NCBI GenBank assembly: GCA_045595685.1
Contig: JAZOAX010000166.1
Location: 1 to 44,788, forward strand
Reading direction: 5' to 3'
Source of the DNA: Acutalibacteraceae bacterium
Lineage (GTDB): Bacteria > Bacillota > Clostridia > Oscillospirales > Acutalibacteraceae
DNA length: 44,788 bases
Shown here: positions 44,700 through 44,788 of the stretch, one piece after another
How the letters are laid out: the number at the start of each line of letters is the position of its first letter
Position numbering within the stretch: the first letter of the stretch is position 1
Translations under genes and position numbers: made by a program
The notes under the pieces: generated by a model
Database searches by the model: none
The model's input: the letters and a program-made list of their open reading frames with translations, nothing else
Told to the model about the DNA's origin: nothing

Positions 44700-44788
44700 G
44701 GTGTATTTTAACCCCGTTTTCAACAGCGGGATATTTTTTATCTTTAACTTCAATTTCTTCCGTCAACTTCTCTCGCTCGAGCCGCGGG
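44700..44788. repeat. 89-nt direct repeat, copy 2 (the same library insert read around the circular template)
   Basis: Identical by eye to 44527-44615. Runs to the window end. Confidence 0.95.

Noticed and set aside
44527-44788. The 89-nt direct repeats as IS/att/terminal repeats, and CTCGAG+CCGCGG (XhoI/SacII sites) as a cloning-vector remnant.
   Set aside because: The sequence between the repeats is a complete sequencing adapter, so the duplication is an assembly artefact. The restriction sites are just part of the short insert.

Overview
The window looks like a chromosomal segment from a low-GC, strictly anaerobic Firmicute, probably Clostridia or Oscillospiraceae-like. This is inferred from gene content, AGGAGG-type ribosome-binding sites (RBS), TTGACA/TATAAT promoters and hairpin-plus-T terminators. 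I call about 46 protein genes, one tRNA-Pro and no rRNA. I see no CRISPR array, IS element, integrase, prophage or recognisable defence genes.

Main blocks:
- (a) 217-5860: FliB-like Cys-cluster protein, MATE pump, a monocistronic small secreted protein, MTA/SAH nucleosidase, a PHP phosphoesterase and an unknown protein.
- (b) 5945-9551: a six-gene, translationally coupled cluster of DRTGG, RsbW-like GHKL ATPase, [FeFe]-hydrogenase-like Fe-S protein, DRTGG, PHP and a C_GCAxxG_C_C protein. No catalytic hydrogenase or transcription factor is next to it. This is my best candidate for a poorly understood signalling system.
- (c) 9604-13375: DUF3737 plus MATE, then a Crp/Fnr regulator with a perfect 16-bp palindrome placed at about -41.5 of the divergent 4Fe-4S protein gene.
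- (d) 13416-25147: a tungsten regulon. A nine-gene minus-strand operon (tupABC, two moeA genes, moaC, moaA, MOSC, hydrolase) sits behind a long structured leader that may be a Moco/W-cofactor riboswitch. It diverges from mog, a ThiF-like E1, tungsten aldehyde:ferredoxin oxidoreductase and a MoaD-like GG protein.
- (e) 25205-28717: a secreted EEP/sphingomyelinase-like protein, tRNA-Pro(UGG) with a tRNA-derived leader, and a flavodoxin-Isf fusion.
- (f) 28866-31911: DUF4358 lipoprotein, MBOAT and DHHW, a putative O-acylation module.
- (g) 31970-44447: housekeeping and carbohydrate genes (GH57-like, esterase, split ChrA, nrdR, cysK, lacZ) and a 43-codon stand-alone small ORF.

The last 262 nt (44527-44788) are not biology. 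They contain a complete MGI/DNBSEQ adapter flanked by two identical 89-nt copies of a library insert, which is an assembly artefact. All family assignments come from reading motifs by eye; no searches were run.
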